This document shows, piece by piece, positions 27,176 through 40,586 of a stretch of DNA of 64,000 nucleotides. Position numbers and translations under genes: made by a program. Location of the stretch: assembly GCA_951406725.2 (NCBI GenBank), contig OX597820.1, positions 118,544,001 through 118,608,000 on the forward strand, given 5' to 3'. Numbering within the stretch: the stretch's first letter is position 1; every line of letters begins with the position of its first letter. Source of the DNA: Octopus vulgaris. Its lineage: Eukaryota. The notes below the pieces were generated by a model. The model was not told the DNA's origin. It was given only the letters and a program-made list of their open reading frames with translations, and ran no database searches.

Positions 27176-27593
27176 AAATTGGGACGTCTGAATTAAAGAT
27201 GTTTTTAAAATGTTCCGTGTTTTTTCCCGTAAATTAACAAGCTAAGTTTTTTTCATTCCTCTGATAAATTGTGAAACATAGGGTTAGAAAATTATGCGAA
27301 CGAAAGTTGTTACCGAAATACGTGGCACCGGGCCCCTCCCTGTTGGTATTATCAATGCAGTAGAAATTATGTCAACTGATCTGGTTTATGTTAAGTCTGT
27401 CGGAACCCTCTATTGAACTCACGTTATTTGGGTTTCTCAAGTAAACCCGCTCCCTTTTTAGTTGTTTGAAAATAATATATCGCAACAAATCTATTTAGCA
27501 GTTTAATTAACAGGTGAACGTTAGCGACATCAGTTACAACGGTGTAAACATAATGTCTATTATTTGCATACTTCGAAGTTCCTAAAGCTGATG

Positions 27594-27628
<35 letters not shown>

Positions 27629-27782
27629 ACAGCTATCGCCACAACTACTTCTTTTAGGTTTCGATCCCTCCAGAGTTCCCCCATTAATGGTGTCTGGAGC
27701 AGTTGCAATCAACCGTCGTTTGATGTCGTCTGATTTCACTGTCTCAGACCTTAACAGTTTTGATAAAATTCCGCTACTTTTG

Positions 27783-28156
<374 letters not shown>

Positions 28157-28660
28157 GTTTGTTAAGGATTACGAAATGAATGAGGACGCTTCACCAACTC
28201 ATGGTTCGAAGGGTGAGCTGGTTTATTTAAAGGTAGGACTTGTAGTGATTATCGTCGTCAAAGTGGACAAGTCAACTGCATTACCTCCCACAAGCTTCAC
28301 TAAACTGAAGACCGCTGTTAGGAAGATATTCAGGTTAATCTACCTGAATGAAACAAAAATGCTTTGCTCAATCTACCACATCCGTATTCAGTCGGTTATG
28401 ACTGTTAATGAAGCAGGTACCAAGCTGTTGTAAATGTTACTTCATGACATATATACAAAGATTCCTGCTTCTGTTGTGACATTTATCTCCGTAAGGATCC
28501 TCGGAATCCGAGAAGCCGTTTTTATGAGATTAAAGGGACGGACCTTTGATCCCTTTTCTTTTATCTTCAATAATAGTGATGCATAATTTTACAGTTCAGA
28601 GTGTAAGTTTTCAAGTATGTTTCTCTACCTTCGTGCTGTTTGGTATTATACACAGCATAT

Positions 28661-29140
28661 AAGGCGGCGAGCTGGCGGAATCGTTAGCACGTCGGACGAA
28701 ATGCTTAGCTGTATTTCGTCTGCCGCTACGTTCTGAGTTCAAATTCCGCCGAGGTCGACTTTGCCTTTCATCCTTTCGGGGTCGATTAAATAAGTACCAG
28801 TTACACACTGGGGTCGATATAATCGACTTAATCCGGTTGTCTGTCCTTGTTTGTCCCCTCTGTGTTTAACCCCTTGTGGGTAGTAAAGAAATAGGTATTT
28901 CGTCTGCTGCTACGTTCTGAGTTCAAATTCCGCCGAGGTCGACTTTGCTTTTCATCCTTTCGGGTTCGATTAAATAAGTACCAGTTACACACTGGGGTCG
29001 ATATAATCGACTTAATCCGGTTGTCTGTCCTTGTTTGTCCCCTCTGTGTTTAACCCCTTGTGGGTAGTAAAGAAATAGGTATTTCGTCTGCCGCTACGTT
29101 CTGAGTTCAAATTCCGCCGAGGTCGACTTTGCCTTTCATC
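28661..29140 (+). mobile_element. Family 2 SINE multimer (184-bp period), 3' truncated, flanked by 101-bp direct repeats
   Basis: tatttcgtctg at 28712, 28896 and 29080; direct repeats at 28557-28657 and 29139-29239. Confidence 0.9.
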
Positions 29141-29610
29141 TTTTATCCTCAATAATAGTGATGCATAATTTTACAGTTCAGAGTGTAAGTTTTCAAGTAT
29201 GTTTCTCTACCTTCGTGATGTTTGGTATTATACATAGCAATCGTAACCTGTAGTGTTTGAACCGCCGAATATTGTGGGGTGGATGGGAAGAAGAATGACT
29301 AAATATATAAGGAAAGAAAAAAACAAATGTTTCATATTAGCAATTTATATTTACAGTTAGCGCAGCGCATCTACCTGAGAACCACTTATCTTTATGATCA
29401 GTATATAAACACATACATACACACACGCGCGCACACACACACACATACACACACACAAACTCGCGTGCGAACGGAGCAGTACACAAAAAAACATCCCCAT
29501 TGCTTCATCCTTTCGTTCATTTAAACAAAAGAACACGACTTCTACTTCCACACGCCTTATCATTGATAAATATTTGGAAATACTAAACTCCAATATAAAA
29601 GAGAGAATTG

Positions 29611-29830
29611 AGGGCGGCAAATTGACTGAATCGTTACAGTGCTGAACAAAATACTTGGCAGCATTTCGTCCGTATTTACGTTCTGAGCTCAAATTTTATT
29701 GAAGTTGACTTTGGTCTTCATCCAGTTCGGCCGATAAAATAACTACCAGTTGAGTACTGGGGTTGATGTACACGACTTATTCCCTTCCCCCCATATTGCT
29801 GGCCTTGTGCCAAAATTTGAAACTAATATA
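29611..29830 (+). mobile_element. Diverged family 2 SINE
   Basis: agggcggcaaattgactgaatcgttac...cgttctgagctcaaatt...ggccttgtgccaaaatttgaaac. Confidence 0.75.
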
Positions 29831-30227
29831 AAAGATGAGTTTGTTGCAAGGAGCCCATTTGTACCTTTATCCCTCTATTATTCTTCCATGAATTATTACG
29901 TGTAATAGATTAGACTGAAAACGAAGACGCATGTGTTCAGAGCTTCCAGTGATAATCTAACACACATAACGAAGTCTAGCTACTCCACGTGTTTAGCCTT
30001 CACAGGAAAGACGAATGTCCGGTTGATATGTGGTGAATTTATGATATGTAGGAATTTATGACCTTTCCAGCTACAATAATATAAACGGAATGAATTAGGA
30101 GAAAAACTGAATTGGAAAATTGTCAGATTAAAAGCCAAACAGTCCTCCGTTGCTCTCTTTTAATCTCAACCTTTAAAATCTTGCTAGCAACGAAATTCCA
30201 TTTTGCTCCAGTCGTACTTTATATTTA

Positions 30228-31035
30228 TTAGTTCTTCCTGCGCTTTCGAGCATATTTGGCAGGAATTTGACTCTACTTATGTCTGTTTGGCTGCGGTTTT
30301 CTCTGCATCAAGCCATGTGATATTGACCGATCTCATGTAGCTCACGAATGTTCTGCGCCGTGTAGTTTTCCGTTTTCTCCGCCCTTCACCCAGTGGTGTC
30401 CTTTCGAAAGCTATTTTAAAATCGCGTCGTTTTGCCAGCCGGAATATGTGATCGAGTAGTTTTCAGTTTCGTCCCATGATGATTTCGCTAAGTGGTCTTG
30501 TGGAGGCGCAATGGCCCAGTGGTTAGGGCAGCGGACTCGCGGTTTCGATTCCCAGACCGGGCGTTGTGAGTGTTTATTGAGCGAAAACACCTAAAAGCTC
30601 CACGAGGCTCCGGCAGGGGATGGTGATCCTTGCTGTACTCTTTCACCACAACTCTCTCTCTCTCTCACTCTTACTTCCTGTTTCTGTTGTACCTGTATTT
30701 CAAAGGACCGGCCTTGTCACTCTCTGTGTCACGCTGAATATCCCCGAGAACTACGTTAAGGGTACACGTGTCTGTGGAGTGCTCAGCCACTTACACGTTA
30801 ATTTCACGAGCAGGCTGTTCCGTTGATTCGGATCAACCGGAACCCTCGTCGTCGCAACCGACGGAGTGCTTCCAAGTGGTCTTGTGTTGGTCTTCTATAA
30901 AATGTTTTCATTGCTTGAATGAGTTACTGGTACGTTCTCACAATCCTTCTCAACCCTTTTTCGTAGAATACAATAAGCATTCTGTCAATTTTGACGGTGT
31001 CCGTTCCTGTTTTTCTTTTATTGGGATCTCTTAGT
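30228..31035 (-). pseudogene. Decayed RTE-clade LINE 3' fragment interrupted by a SINE
   Basis: KLLDHIFRLAKRRDFKIAFERTPLGEGRRKRKTTRRRTFVSYMRSVNITWLDAEKTAA resembles the RTE C-terminus (GH..R...GR.R..W). Confidence 0.55.
30503..30873 (+). mobile_element. tRNA-derived SINE family 4 with 13-bp TSD
   Basis: gaggcgcaatggcccagtggttaggg (A box), ggtttcgattccc (B box); TSD aagtggtcttgtg at 30490-30502 and 30874-30886. Confidence 0.9.
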
Positions 31036-31569
31036 AGAAGTATGAATGGTCTTTAGATCCAACTATCAGTTCAAAATCATTCAGAGCAAAAGAGCAGAAT
31101 CTGGTGTATGTTCTTTGAATTGGCTTCCAGCATTTAGTTTCTTTTTTCGTTGTTTTTATTTCAAATTATTTACCATTTCCCGCCTTATGTATTTGAAGAA
31201 TATAGTACCAGTTATATTCTTAGATATACCTCAAACTCTTTTACTATTTCCCATATAAATTATGAACTTGAGACATTGGAAAAATCGATATCGTGAACGG
31301 ACTGGTAATTTCACAAAGTATTTCAGAGACTCAATTTTATTGTTCTAACTGCCTTTGAGACAACGAACTTGGATAGATTGGAACAACTGTCAGCATAACT
31401 CATAACGTAATTCCAAATATACCATTACCAAAACTGACACAATTAGAGAGGCAGTAGAAAATGGATGAAGGAATTGCCTGATTTCTTGTTAAGAACTTTC
31501 TGTCTCGTGTATAATAGAGATAGATTACCACTTCTAAGAATGGCACCCAAAAGGACACACGACGATAAT

Positions 31570-31588
31570 ATATGTAGATATAGATAAG

Positions 31589-31646
<58 letters not shown>

Positions 31647-31841
31647 TTACACATACGTGTATGTGCATACATACACGCGTACACACAAGCACATATATAT
31701 AAATATATGCATATATATATATATATGTATATATATGTATATAAATATATGCATACACACACACATATATATATATATAAATTTTGCGCAGATACAAGAA
31801 ATGACAGAGACACACACATCCGCAGATAGTCGTGTTTGTAC

Positions 31842-31894
<53 letters not shown>

Positions 31895-32005
31895 CGTGCG
31901 GGTGTGTGTGTGTGTGTTTATGATTATGTTTCTGTATATCAAGAAAAAAAACCTCTTATTTCTCTTAACTTAACATATCTTCTGAAGACGTAGGTCCATG
32001 TACGT

Positions 32006-32104
<99 letters not shown>

Positions 32105-32360
32105 ACATATATATATGTATGTATAAATATATATATATATATGTATGTATGCTTATATATATATATATATTCAAATGGTCTTGAAAAAACACTTACATAT
32201 ACACACATAAATGTATGCATTTGTGTATATTTATACGTGTACAAGCAGAAATATACACTTGACATATTCATCCATATGCACGCGACGCTTTACACACACA
32301 TCAATATATATTTATATATAAATATATAAATGAATTTGTGTGTGCGTGTGTGTGTATGTG
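31570..32360. repeat. (TA)n/(TG)n microsatellite cluster
   Basis: Direct reading. Confidence 0.9.
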
Positions 32361-33509
32361 TAAAGGTATTCGTATTCGTGTGTGCCCGAACAGTGGGAAT
32401 TAGAATAGCTATTAAAAGAAAGATACCGAAGGGAATAAGAGAAAAAAAATGTATGCGTAAATGTGTAAGAGTGTGCTAGTGTGTGTGTGAATGTATAGAT
32501 GCGAGTGAGCATGCGTGATTAAAAGAAAGAACTTTATGGCTGAAAACGTCTTTTACTTTTCGTGCTTCTCACTCTAACGGCAAATTTAATAACTGAAGTA
32601 TTTTTCTCCTTACTCTCTCGTTTATGAGATTGACCGAACCTATAAATATATATTAATCTATCAAGAAATATTCGTAAATGGAATGTAACAGAATGCGGTT
32701 CAAGGGTTGGTGAGAAGCGTGTATTAGTAAAGAGAATGCAGTTAAAACAACGCCTTTTTTTGCGAAGATACTAATCTGCGATCCACTTTCGATTCTCGAT
32801 AAAGATCTACTTTCCTGTAATATTTTAGAGAAATATAACCCAAATATCAGCGAGAATTTACAAAGCCACACGTTTTATAGAGAGGAATAATTTGTGGAAC
32901 ATATTTCAGGATTTAATTGGAATTTCACTTCTTTACTCTGAAAGAATGGAGCGGAAATCGAATATGAAGTAAGAATGAATTGAACAGATGAACATAAATG
33001 GCTAGAATTATATACGGTTCTAGTAATTTTGCAACTACCATTCTAAGAATGATTGAAGGATCAACAGTAGATATCGGTTCATCACGTGGCAATCATTTCC
33101 ATCTCTAGTTCCCACCGAGCCATTAGAATGCCCGCTCTTCCGTTTCATGTTGAAAGCACTTGTTGCACTGATTAAGTGAGACTCGATCTGTCATGGATGC
33201 TGATGCGCTGACGGTGTCAGACGCAGTGGCATACGCACTGATTCGTGGACAGTGAGTGGATGGGCTGTCCGTTCATAAAGTATGACTATTCTCTGCTCTT
33301 CTTATTTATGTAGCTGCTGTCCTCCAAGTAAAGACCGAGCTTGATCCTCACAGCGTCTGCATTATGTTTAGACACTCCATTACATTTTAATAGTTAGCAA
33401 TGCGATGGATGTCAGTTACATGGTAATCTATCATAAAGGACTAATACACGAAACAAATGAGATCGATCTCGGGAAATTTTACACAGTTGTCAATTTTTGT
33501 GATACCGGA

Positions 33510-33790
33510 CTTGTGTACATGCTTCAACAAAGGTTGAATCTAAGCTGCTTTCCTGTGCCTCTACACAGGCTGATCAGAACTTTCTCACTCTCTGTTCTGG
33601 ACAAGTACAACCTACCAGTGTCACTCTTGCATGGAATGCTCCGTATACTGTCAATATTTTCTTTTCCTTTGTAGCCATGCTCATCACTTCTTTCTTTTGC
33701 CAGTTTAAGATTCCAGATCCATACCGAAATGATTCTACCACCCATGTAGACTGAGAGCCAGTCCTGATTTGATGAGACTTGAAGCTCCAA
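33510..33790 (-). pseudogene. R4/Dong-clade LINE RT C-terminal fragment
   Basis: TWVVESFRYGSGILNWQKKEVMSMATKEKKILTVYGAFH, then a frameshift into KSDTGRLYLSRTESEKVLISL (consensus-like HPKSDxDRLYLPRxxGGRGL). Confidence 0.7.
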
Positions 33791-34644
33791 AATACTGACA
33801 AGGCACAATATGTGTACAAATGGTCCTAATACCATGAAACGTGATTCTTAAGTATACTTAGGTATGGATTAATTAATTATGAGATAATCAACTTGCGTAA
33901 ATAACTAATTTAATTCGACTTTAAACTCCAGTAATGAATCGTATTGAATATTACTCCTTAGACACAAGTGATACTTAAATGAAAACTTAAGAAAAAACGG
34001 GTATGGAATAACAAATTAAGAAGTTTTAATTAGACACTTAATTAGGAATTAATTTGACGCCCCAGTGTCAATTACTTCGTAGAATTGTTCACAAAACCCA
34101 ACTGAATCTATTCATATCACTTAAGAACCATTTTAGGTATGGATTTATAATTTAAGAAGCATTTTCTACTAATCACTATACACTAATTAAGGAGAAATAT
34201 ACGGAACGTGTCTTAGACCCAAAACGTGTTTTGACAGTTTATCACGTTTTGTAACGCTTTATTCAATTCTTTATTCATTTTCATTCGCATTCAGATCACC
34301 AGAATAAGAACACGCCTGATATTCGTCTTCCGCTAGTCAACATATTCAGTAAGGGGGCATCAAAAATAAATTATCATGGAGGACCATTTCTCACCTGGCG
34401 ATCCTGGGCAACCTTCATATTCCCCTAATCTCATCACCTCTCAAACGGATCCCCACCTAATCCCATCCGATTCAGTATTGAATATTGGCGGGTCCCTATC
34501 GGAAACTGCGGATGTACCTGTGCCCAGTCAGCCCCCCCCGTTGTAAGTAATCGCTCATTACACTGTGTGTTATCCACAGTAGAAAGTCTAAAGAGAGTGC
34601 TGAAAGTGGACTGCTACGTCCGCTCTCAGAGCAGAAATGGCGAT

Positions 34645-34740
34645 CCATCCAAAACGTCAATTAATAAACACATCTTTTTTGTCTGATCTTTTATAATAAT
34701 ATCCGATTTATTAGCTTTTATAGATTTTATTTTATAGTTA
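34645..34740 (-). pseudogene. R4/Dong RLE endonuclease fragment
   Basis: IKANKSDIIIKDQTKKMCLLIDV (RPD...IDV motif). Confidence 0.6.
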
Positions 34741-34901
34741 TTATTATTATTTTTTTTTTCTTCTTTCAAATTTGCTTCCATTTCTTGCCGAGTGTCTTCC
34801 CCACTCATAGGGCAAAGAAACTCATAGTATACATTGGTAGGCCATTAAAATAAACTCACTAGTTCGTTCATTTTTTTTTAAAGTTAAATTAAAATCCATG
34901 G

Positions 34902-34988
<87 letters not shown>

Positions 34989-34999
34989 TTGTTGTTGTT

Positions 35000-35600
35000 G
35001 TTGCTTTACTGCTTAGAATGTTTAGTCTTGTTCTCGGTAACTCCGAGTTTATGTTCGTACCATTTCCGTGCTCGGTTCAAGACGTACTTTTCACATAGCC
35101 TCCAGGGGACCAACTTTGCTACACTCACTCACAATATGTGAGATTGTTTCGTTTCTGCTACCACACATCATACAAAAGGACGATTCACTACTCATATCTA
35201 TTTGGAACTGGGTGTAATTAGTTCTCAGAGCTTGTTCTTGGGCGCTGCATTTCAATGCCTCAGGGTATTATTTCAGATCACCTTTTTTCTTAACCATCTC
35301 CAAGTGTTCATCTTGTCTTTTCCTTCGATTTCTTTGAGGTATTGCATTCGCAGTGGTTTCATTTTGCAGTTGTTTCCTCTCTTTTCTGCATCTTGCTTCA
35401 TGAATATTTGTAGGTACATAGGATTCTCGGTGGGTATCATATTGCTATTTCTAACAGCAGCAAGGAAGGATTCACTCTGCTGTTTGATGTACCAGACTCT
35501 TTTCGTTGACAACACAGATCTTGCATCCTATAACACCCCTTCCACCCCGGTTTCTAGCCACATACAGTCTGTCAGTATCGCTTTTGGAGTGTAGCTTATT
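35000..35600 (-). pseudogene. R4/Dong LINE fragment (RT end + CCHC knuckle) between (TAA)n arrays
   Basis: LHSKSDTDRLYVARNRGGRG; TWRWLRK; AQEQALRTNY...CMMCGSRNETISHIVSEC. Confidence 0.75.
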
Positions 35601-35620
35601 AACATTATTAACATTATTAA

Positions 35621-35680
<60 letters not shown>

Positions 35681-35755
35681 TATTATTATTATTATTACTA
35701 TTATTACTATTATTATTATTATTATTATTACTATTATTATTATTATTATTATTAC

Positions 35756-35843
<88 letters not shown>

Positions 35844-35863
35844 GTTATTATTATTATTACTAT
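35600..35863. repeat. (TAA)n array (another at 34903-35002)
   Basis: Direct reading. Confidence 0.95.
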
Positions 35864-36720
35864 TTTGTTTTTATTTCTTGCCGAGGGAAAATAAACTCAC
35901 AAACTCACTGTATACATTGGTAGGCCATATTGTTCATTTACAAAGTGAAGTTATGTGGTGGAATAAAAAGGGAAGGAAGAAAGAAAAAAGAAAAAAAGAA
36001 AAACTAAAAAAATAAGAGAAAAGAAAAACGAAAAACGAAAACAAATTCACATTGACAATGTTCTTCTACAAGTTAAAACAATGTTTTGCATTTCTTGCAT
36101 CGATGGTAAGCCAGGGATCATTCTCAAATAATTTTCAGATCCCTATTTTTTTTGTTCATTTCAAGTGCTCCTACAATCACTGCTATTGTAACCGTCTTGA
36201 GATGCCACATTTTTAAATCGATTTCGATTAGGAAATCCTTATATTTTCTGAGTTTATCAAATTCTTTTGCCGAGATATTATCATCACAATGTATGCTCAT
36301 GTCAATCAATAAACAGACTTTATTGCTTTTGTCTTTCAAATCAATATCTGTTTTATTTGCCTTGATGGTCCGGTATGTGCATATTGAGAAGTCTCAAAGA
36401 ATAGTTACATTTTCTCCCTCCATTACAGCCTCAGGGTGGTGATTGTACCATTTCTCAACCGTTTTGATTTGATAATGCCGACATATTACCCAGTGTAGAT
36501 GTTGGTCAAATCTGTCATGTCTTGATTTATATTCTGCTGGTGCTAAAACCATACACCCAGAGATTCGGTGGTCCACTGTTTCAATCTCATCGTTACAGAA
36601 CTAGCACTTTGGAGTCTACTCCATGTTTCATCACATTGGCTTGGTAGTTCCGGGACAATAAGCTTTGTTCTTAGGCAGCTACGATGAAGCCTTCATTCTC
36701 TACCGATAGGCACTGATGGC
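35864..36720 (-). pseudogene. R4/Dong LINE 3' portion: CCHC, RLE nuclease and 3' UTR ending in (TAA)n
   Basis: ENEGFIVAA.EQSL; ETVDHRISGCMVLAPAEYKSRHD; KANKTDI...CLLIDMSIHCDDNISAKEFDKLRKYKD; stops present; 3' UTR motif shared with 34780-34847. Confidence 0.85.
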
Positions 36721-37815
36721 TCTGCCTCTGGTCTATATCAACTGGATTTTTTGCCCTGCAGAGGTTTTTGTTCTCACCTGTCAGCCAATTGGTCGTGTGC
36801 TATTTTTCGGTGCCAGTGTATTGTTTTCACCTTCTTTGCAACAAGAATTGCCCTACTTCTATTATGCTGTTGGGCTTGGATATTATTATCGTCATCATAA
36901 GAGAGTTTGGTAAAAATGTTTCGACTAATTAGCTCCGGCTTTTGTTTTTTGTTTTGATTAAAAACCCCTGCAAGATCAACTTTACCTCTCACTTTTTCGG
37001 GGCCGATAAAATAAAGTACTGCTCAAAAAGTGAGGTTGTTGGAATCATGTGTTTCCCACCACCTCGTTTCATGAACTTGGACGAGCCCGTCGTATTCAGT
37101 GCTGGGAAAATATGCGATCCCTGGGACGAACGTGTCGTCTATGATGAAGAAAAAAAGAAGCATTCTCAGCTTCCAGATGTTGTTAGAGTAGTCGGATTAA
37201 TCAAGGAGATCCAGTGTGTCCGTAAGGAAAACCACAAAGGGCGGATGTGGCTCGGTGTTGAGTAGTAACATCGATTATCTCAAGTGTCATCAACAAGAAC
37301 AACAGATACAAGACAAGAATAACACATCACCAGCAAACTCAGGAGATTTGGTGCTTCTAAGATGTAGTTGCCCCAACCTGCAAGGCTTAGGGCAAATGGT
37401 CTTGGTATGTGGTCATTTCTATGGTTACAACGGATTGCTATTTGGGTTGTGAATGTTTTAGTTTCGTAGCCGAATCTAGTTGAACGCGTGTTTCGTGGCT
37501 TACGATTTTGTACCTGGTGAGCCCTGTACACTTATGTTCTGTGGGACTATGTGTGCAATACCTCTTTGCATTATTTATGTATTTCTGAGTACATTTTGCA
37601 TAATTATTTAATTTAAAATACCTGAAAATTTCAAGTAAATCATTGTGGAATGAGAAAAATTCTCATTAAAAAGGAAACTGCTCAAGTGATATATCAACGC
37701 TAGTCACGTGATTACCAGCAAAAGGGAACATCCCAAATACTTTTATTTGAGAAATGAAGACAAAAATCAGAATCTAGTTACTAAATGAAACAGATATATA
37801 TTTGTGCACTGAGAT

Positions 37816-37854
<39 letters not shown>

Positions 37855-37979
37855 CACATGCGCACACACATGAATATATATGTATACTCTTAAGAGTTCA
37901 ATCCGATATGTATATAACGAAATACCTTTCTAAATGCACATACACATAAATATACCAATATATTACATGTACATAGATT

Positions 37980-38043
<64 letters not shown>

Positions 38044-38115
38044 TATATATATATATATGCGCATTCATCCATCCATACATACTTACTTGTATGTATTTAT
38101 ACGTATTTATGCATA

Positions 38116-38193
<78 letters not shown>

Positions 38194-38509
38194 GATATGC
38201 CAAGCACACTCTTATAACATATCTTTCATGCCTCTCTTTGGATATTTTCTCTTGCACGAGAAAAGGAAAGTTAATAGAGAAAAGCGAAAGTAAAATAAAC
38301 ACGATCGCATAAGAATGCTTTTCATTCTAAATATACGTCTCTAATTTAATACATCTCATCGGAAGTAGATTTGATTGCGCCCCTTTGACAGGAAGTTGTT
38401 GGTGCATATCGAAGTACACGGCTATATTTGGCAAAGGAATCGGAAGATTAAAATGATTAGAAAAATGAATAGGCGCAGGAGTGGCTGTGTGGTAAGTAGC
38501 TTCTTACCA

Positions 38510-40586
38510 GACAGACGTGCTGTTTTTTGCTCCGGCAAATGTCACGTGTTAACGTGAATTATTGAACATTTTACGGCAACAGGTAGGACATTTTGGATAT
38601 TTTTGGAAGCATAGTGAGGTTTATTGCTTGCCGTTGATACTTTTTTGGCATTAATGTTAATTAGTGTTAACACTTTTCTGCGCGCAATAACCTTCACTTT
38701 GCTTCGGATGCATTTGTTCTGCCTGTTGGCGTATTTATTGTCTCACCTTTTAGTGAGAATTGTGTATTTTGAAGAGGCATAGCCCCTCCTCAAAAATTAA
38801 TTTGTTCGCTTGGATTTACCACGGAGAACCAATTGTGCTTGGATTTACCACGGAGAACCAATTGTGCTTGGATTTACCACGGAGAACCAAGTGTGCTGCA
38901 ACTAGGAGTACCCAGTTTCGTGAGGATTACCAGTTGCAGAACTGTGTTGCCATTATTTGAACTGTCTTCCTTCGTCCTTTTCTCTGTTCTGTCTTTCTGT
39001 TCTGTCATTGTGTTTTTTTCTTATTGGACTTTGAACTTTTGGTTGAACTTTTTTCAAAATCATGGCAACAAAAGAAACCACTGCTTTGGAATGGGAGGTT
39101 GTCCCACCCAAGCAGTGGATTGAAAGTCTTGAGAAGAGGACGGTGGTCCTACGAACCTATTCTAGGTCGCGTGGAGCTATCGCCCTCTTCGACAGGAGCA
39201 CCATAGAGAAAGAGTTGGGGGACCACCTACCAACGATAAAGTTTATTTCTCGGGGAGTAAATTTGCAACGGTGTGGTTGCTGTTTGGTACCCCCGAGGAA
39301 GCTAGCAGATTTGCTAGCGAGCCACTGGAGGGAGAGGAAATTTTGTTCCTCCCCTCGTATTGTGGCAGAAAAGTAAAAAGAGCCTGGGTTTATGGGCTGC
39401 CCCGGGCAAGGAGGCGGAATGGATCGAGAAGACCATCCGGCGAGGCCTGGGGGATAGCGGACCCAGGCTACTGAGTGTGAAAATGGCTCCCGCGGTCGCC
39501 TGGGAGGGGTCAAAGGCAACTTTGACCCTGTGGACACCGGTGGCCGTGGGAGAAATGAAATTCCCGGACTTCCTGAGAATGGCTGGGCACAGGTACTCGG
39601 TGATACTCGAGGGACGCCCCCCCAAGTGTCACCTGTGCTTGAAGCCCGGACATATCAAGAGGAATTGTCCCGGGGGCCGTGGTGGTGCCCCGGAGCATGA
39701 AGGGGAAAAGGCGCCCGCCGCCCCCTCATTTGAGGGGGAGACGGTGGAAGTCGTGGAGGAGGTTGCCTCCACGAAAAGAAAGAGACAGGCGAGCAACAAT
39801 GGCTGCTCGCCAAAGAACGCTCAGGTGGCGGAGGGGGATAGCGATCCTCCGTGTCTGGTGACGGAGTCCCCTGGGTCAGCAGTCTCCCCCAAAAGAAGGA
39901 GGAGAAAAAGAAAGAAAGGTCGGGCGGCTGATATCCATGAGCCGCAGACGTTGGCGGGAACTGTGCCGCCAACGAAAGAACTGAACGTATTGGTCCTCTT
40001 CTATAGAGGAGGAGAAATTGAAAAAAAAATGATGGAAGAGTACCACAAGGGAGCTCCTTTAGCCTTCACACAGGACCCCGAATGGCCTCCGCAGATAGCT
40101 GTGGAGGCCGTGGCGTTCGACGTGACGCTTGGGCTAAAGGAGCTCAATGAAGATTATAGCTTGGTTCCGGGCGACGCGAACTCGGAACATGATTATGTTC
40201 TGAGGGAGGCGTGTATGATGGTGGAGGGCGCGGCCACAAGCTATTTCGAGGACGATATGTAATTATTGAACTGTTAGTATTAATAATGGACTGCTAAGTC
40301 CAAAAATTGGAAAATTGAAAGAGGTTTAATACCTCGTTTTGCATTTTTATTAATAATGGACTGCTAAGTCCAAAAATTGGAAAAATTGTAAGAGGTTTAA
40401 TACCTCGTTTTGTGTTTATCTATAAAAAGAACAATGTTTTAGAGAAGCGAAAGTCGGCGGGCGCTTTTTGTCTTCTCCCATCCTTATCATCTGTCTTTCA
40501 TTATCATTCACTTCATTAATGTCCTCGTCCAGCCCGCAAAGCTAACTTAATCTGTGTACTGCCTTTATGGCAAATGTTTTGAAATA
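38510..40586 (+). mobile_element. ORF1-only L1/Tx1-like (HAL1-like) non-LTR element
   Basis: TSD aagtagctt(g)ct(t/a)acca at 38494-38509 and 40587-40603; 5' gacagacgtg; terminal AATAAA; no ORF2. Confidence 0.75.
39062..40262 (+). pseudogene. Gag-like ORF1 with a CCHC zinc knuckle and two frameshifts
   Basis: Joining ORFs 39062, 39271 and 39360 gives MATKETT...VYGLP...SVILEGRPPKCHLCLKPGHIKRNCP followed by a basic disordered tail. Confidence 0.75.

Noticed and set aside
31982-32008. CTGAAGA followed by a hairpin next to (TA)n
   Set aside because: No GAAA or cleavage triplet
33054-33384. Possible solo LTR ending ...ccattaca
   Set aside because: No clear TG start, TSD or second copy visible
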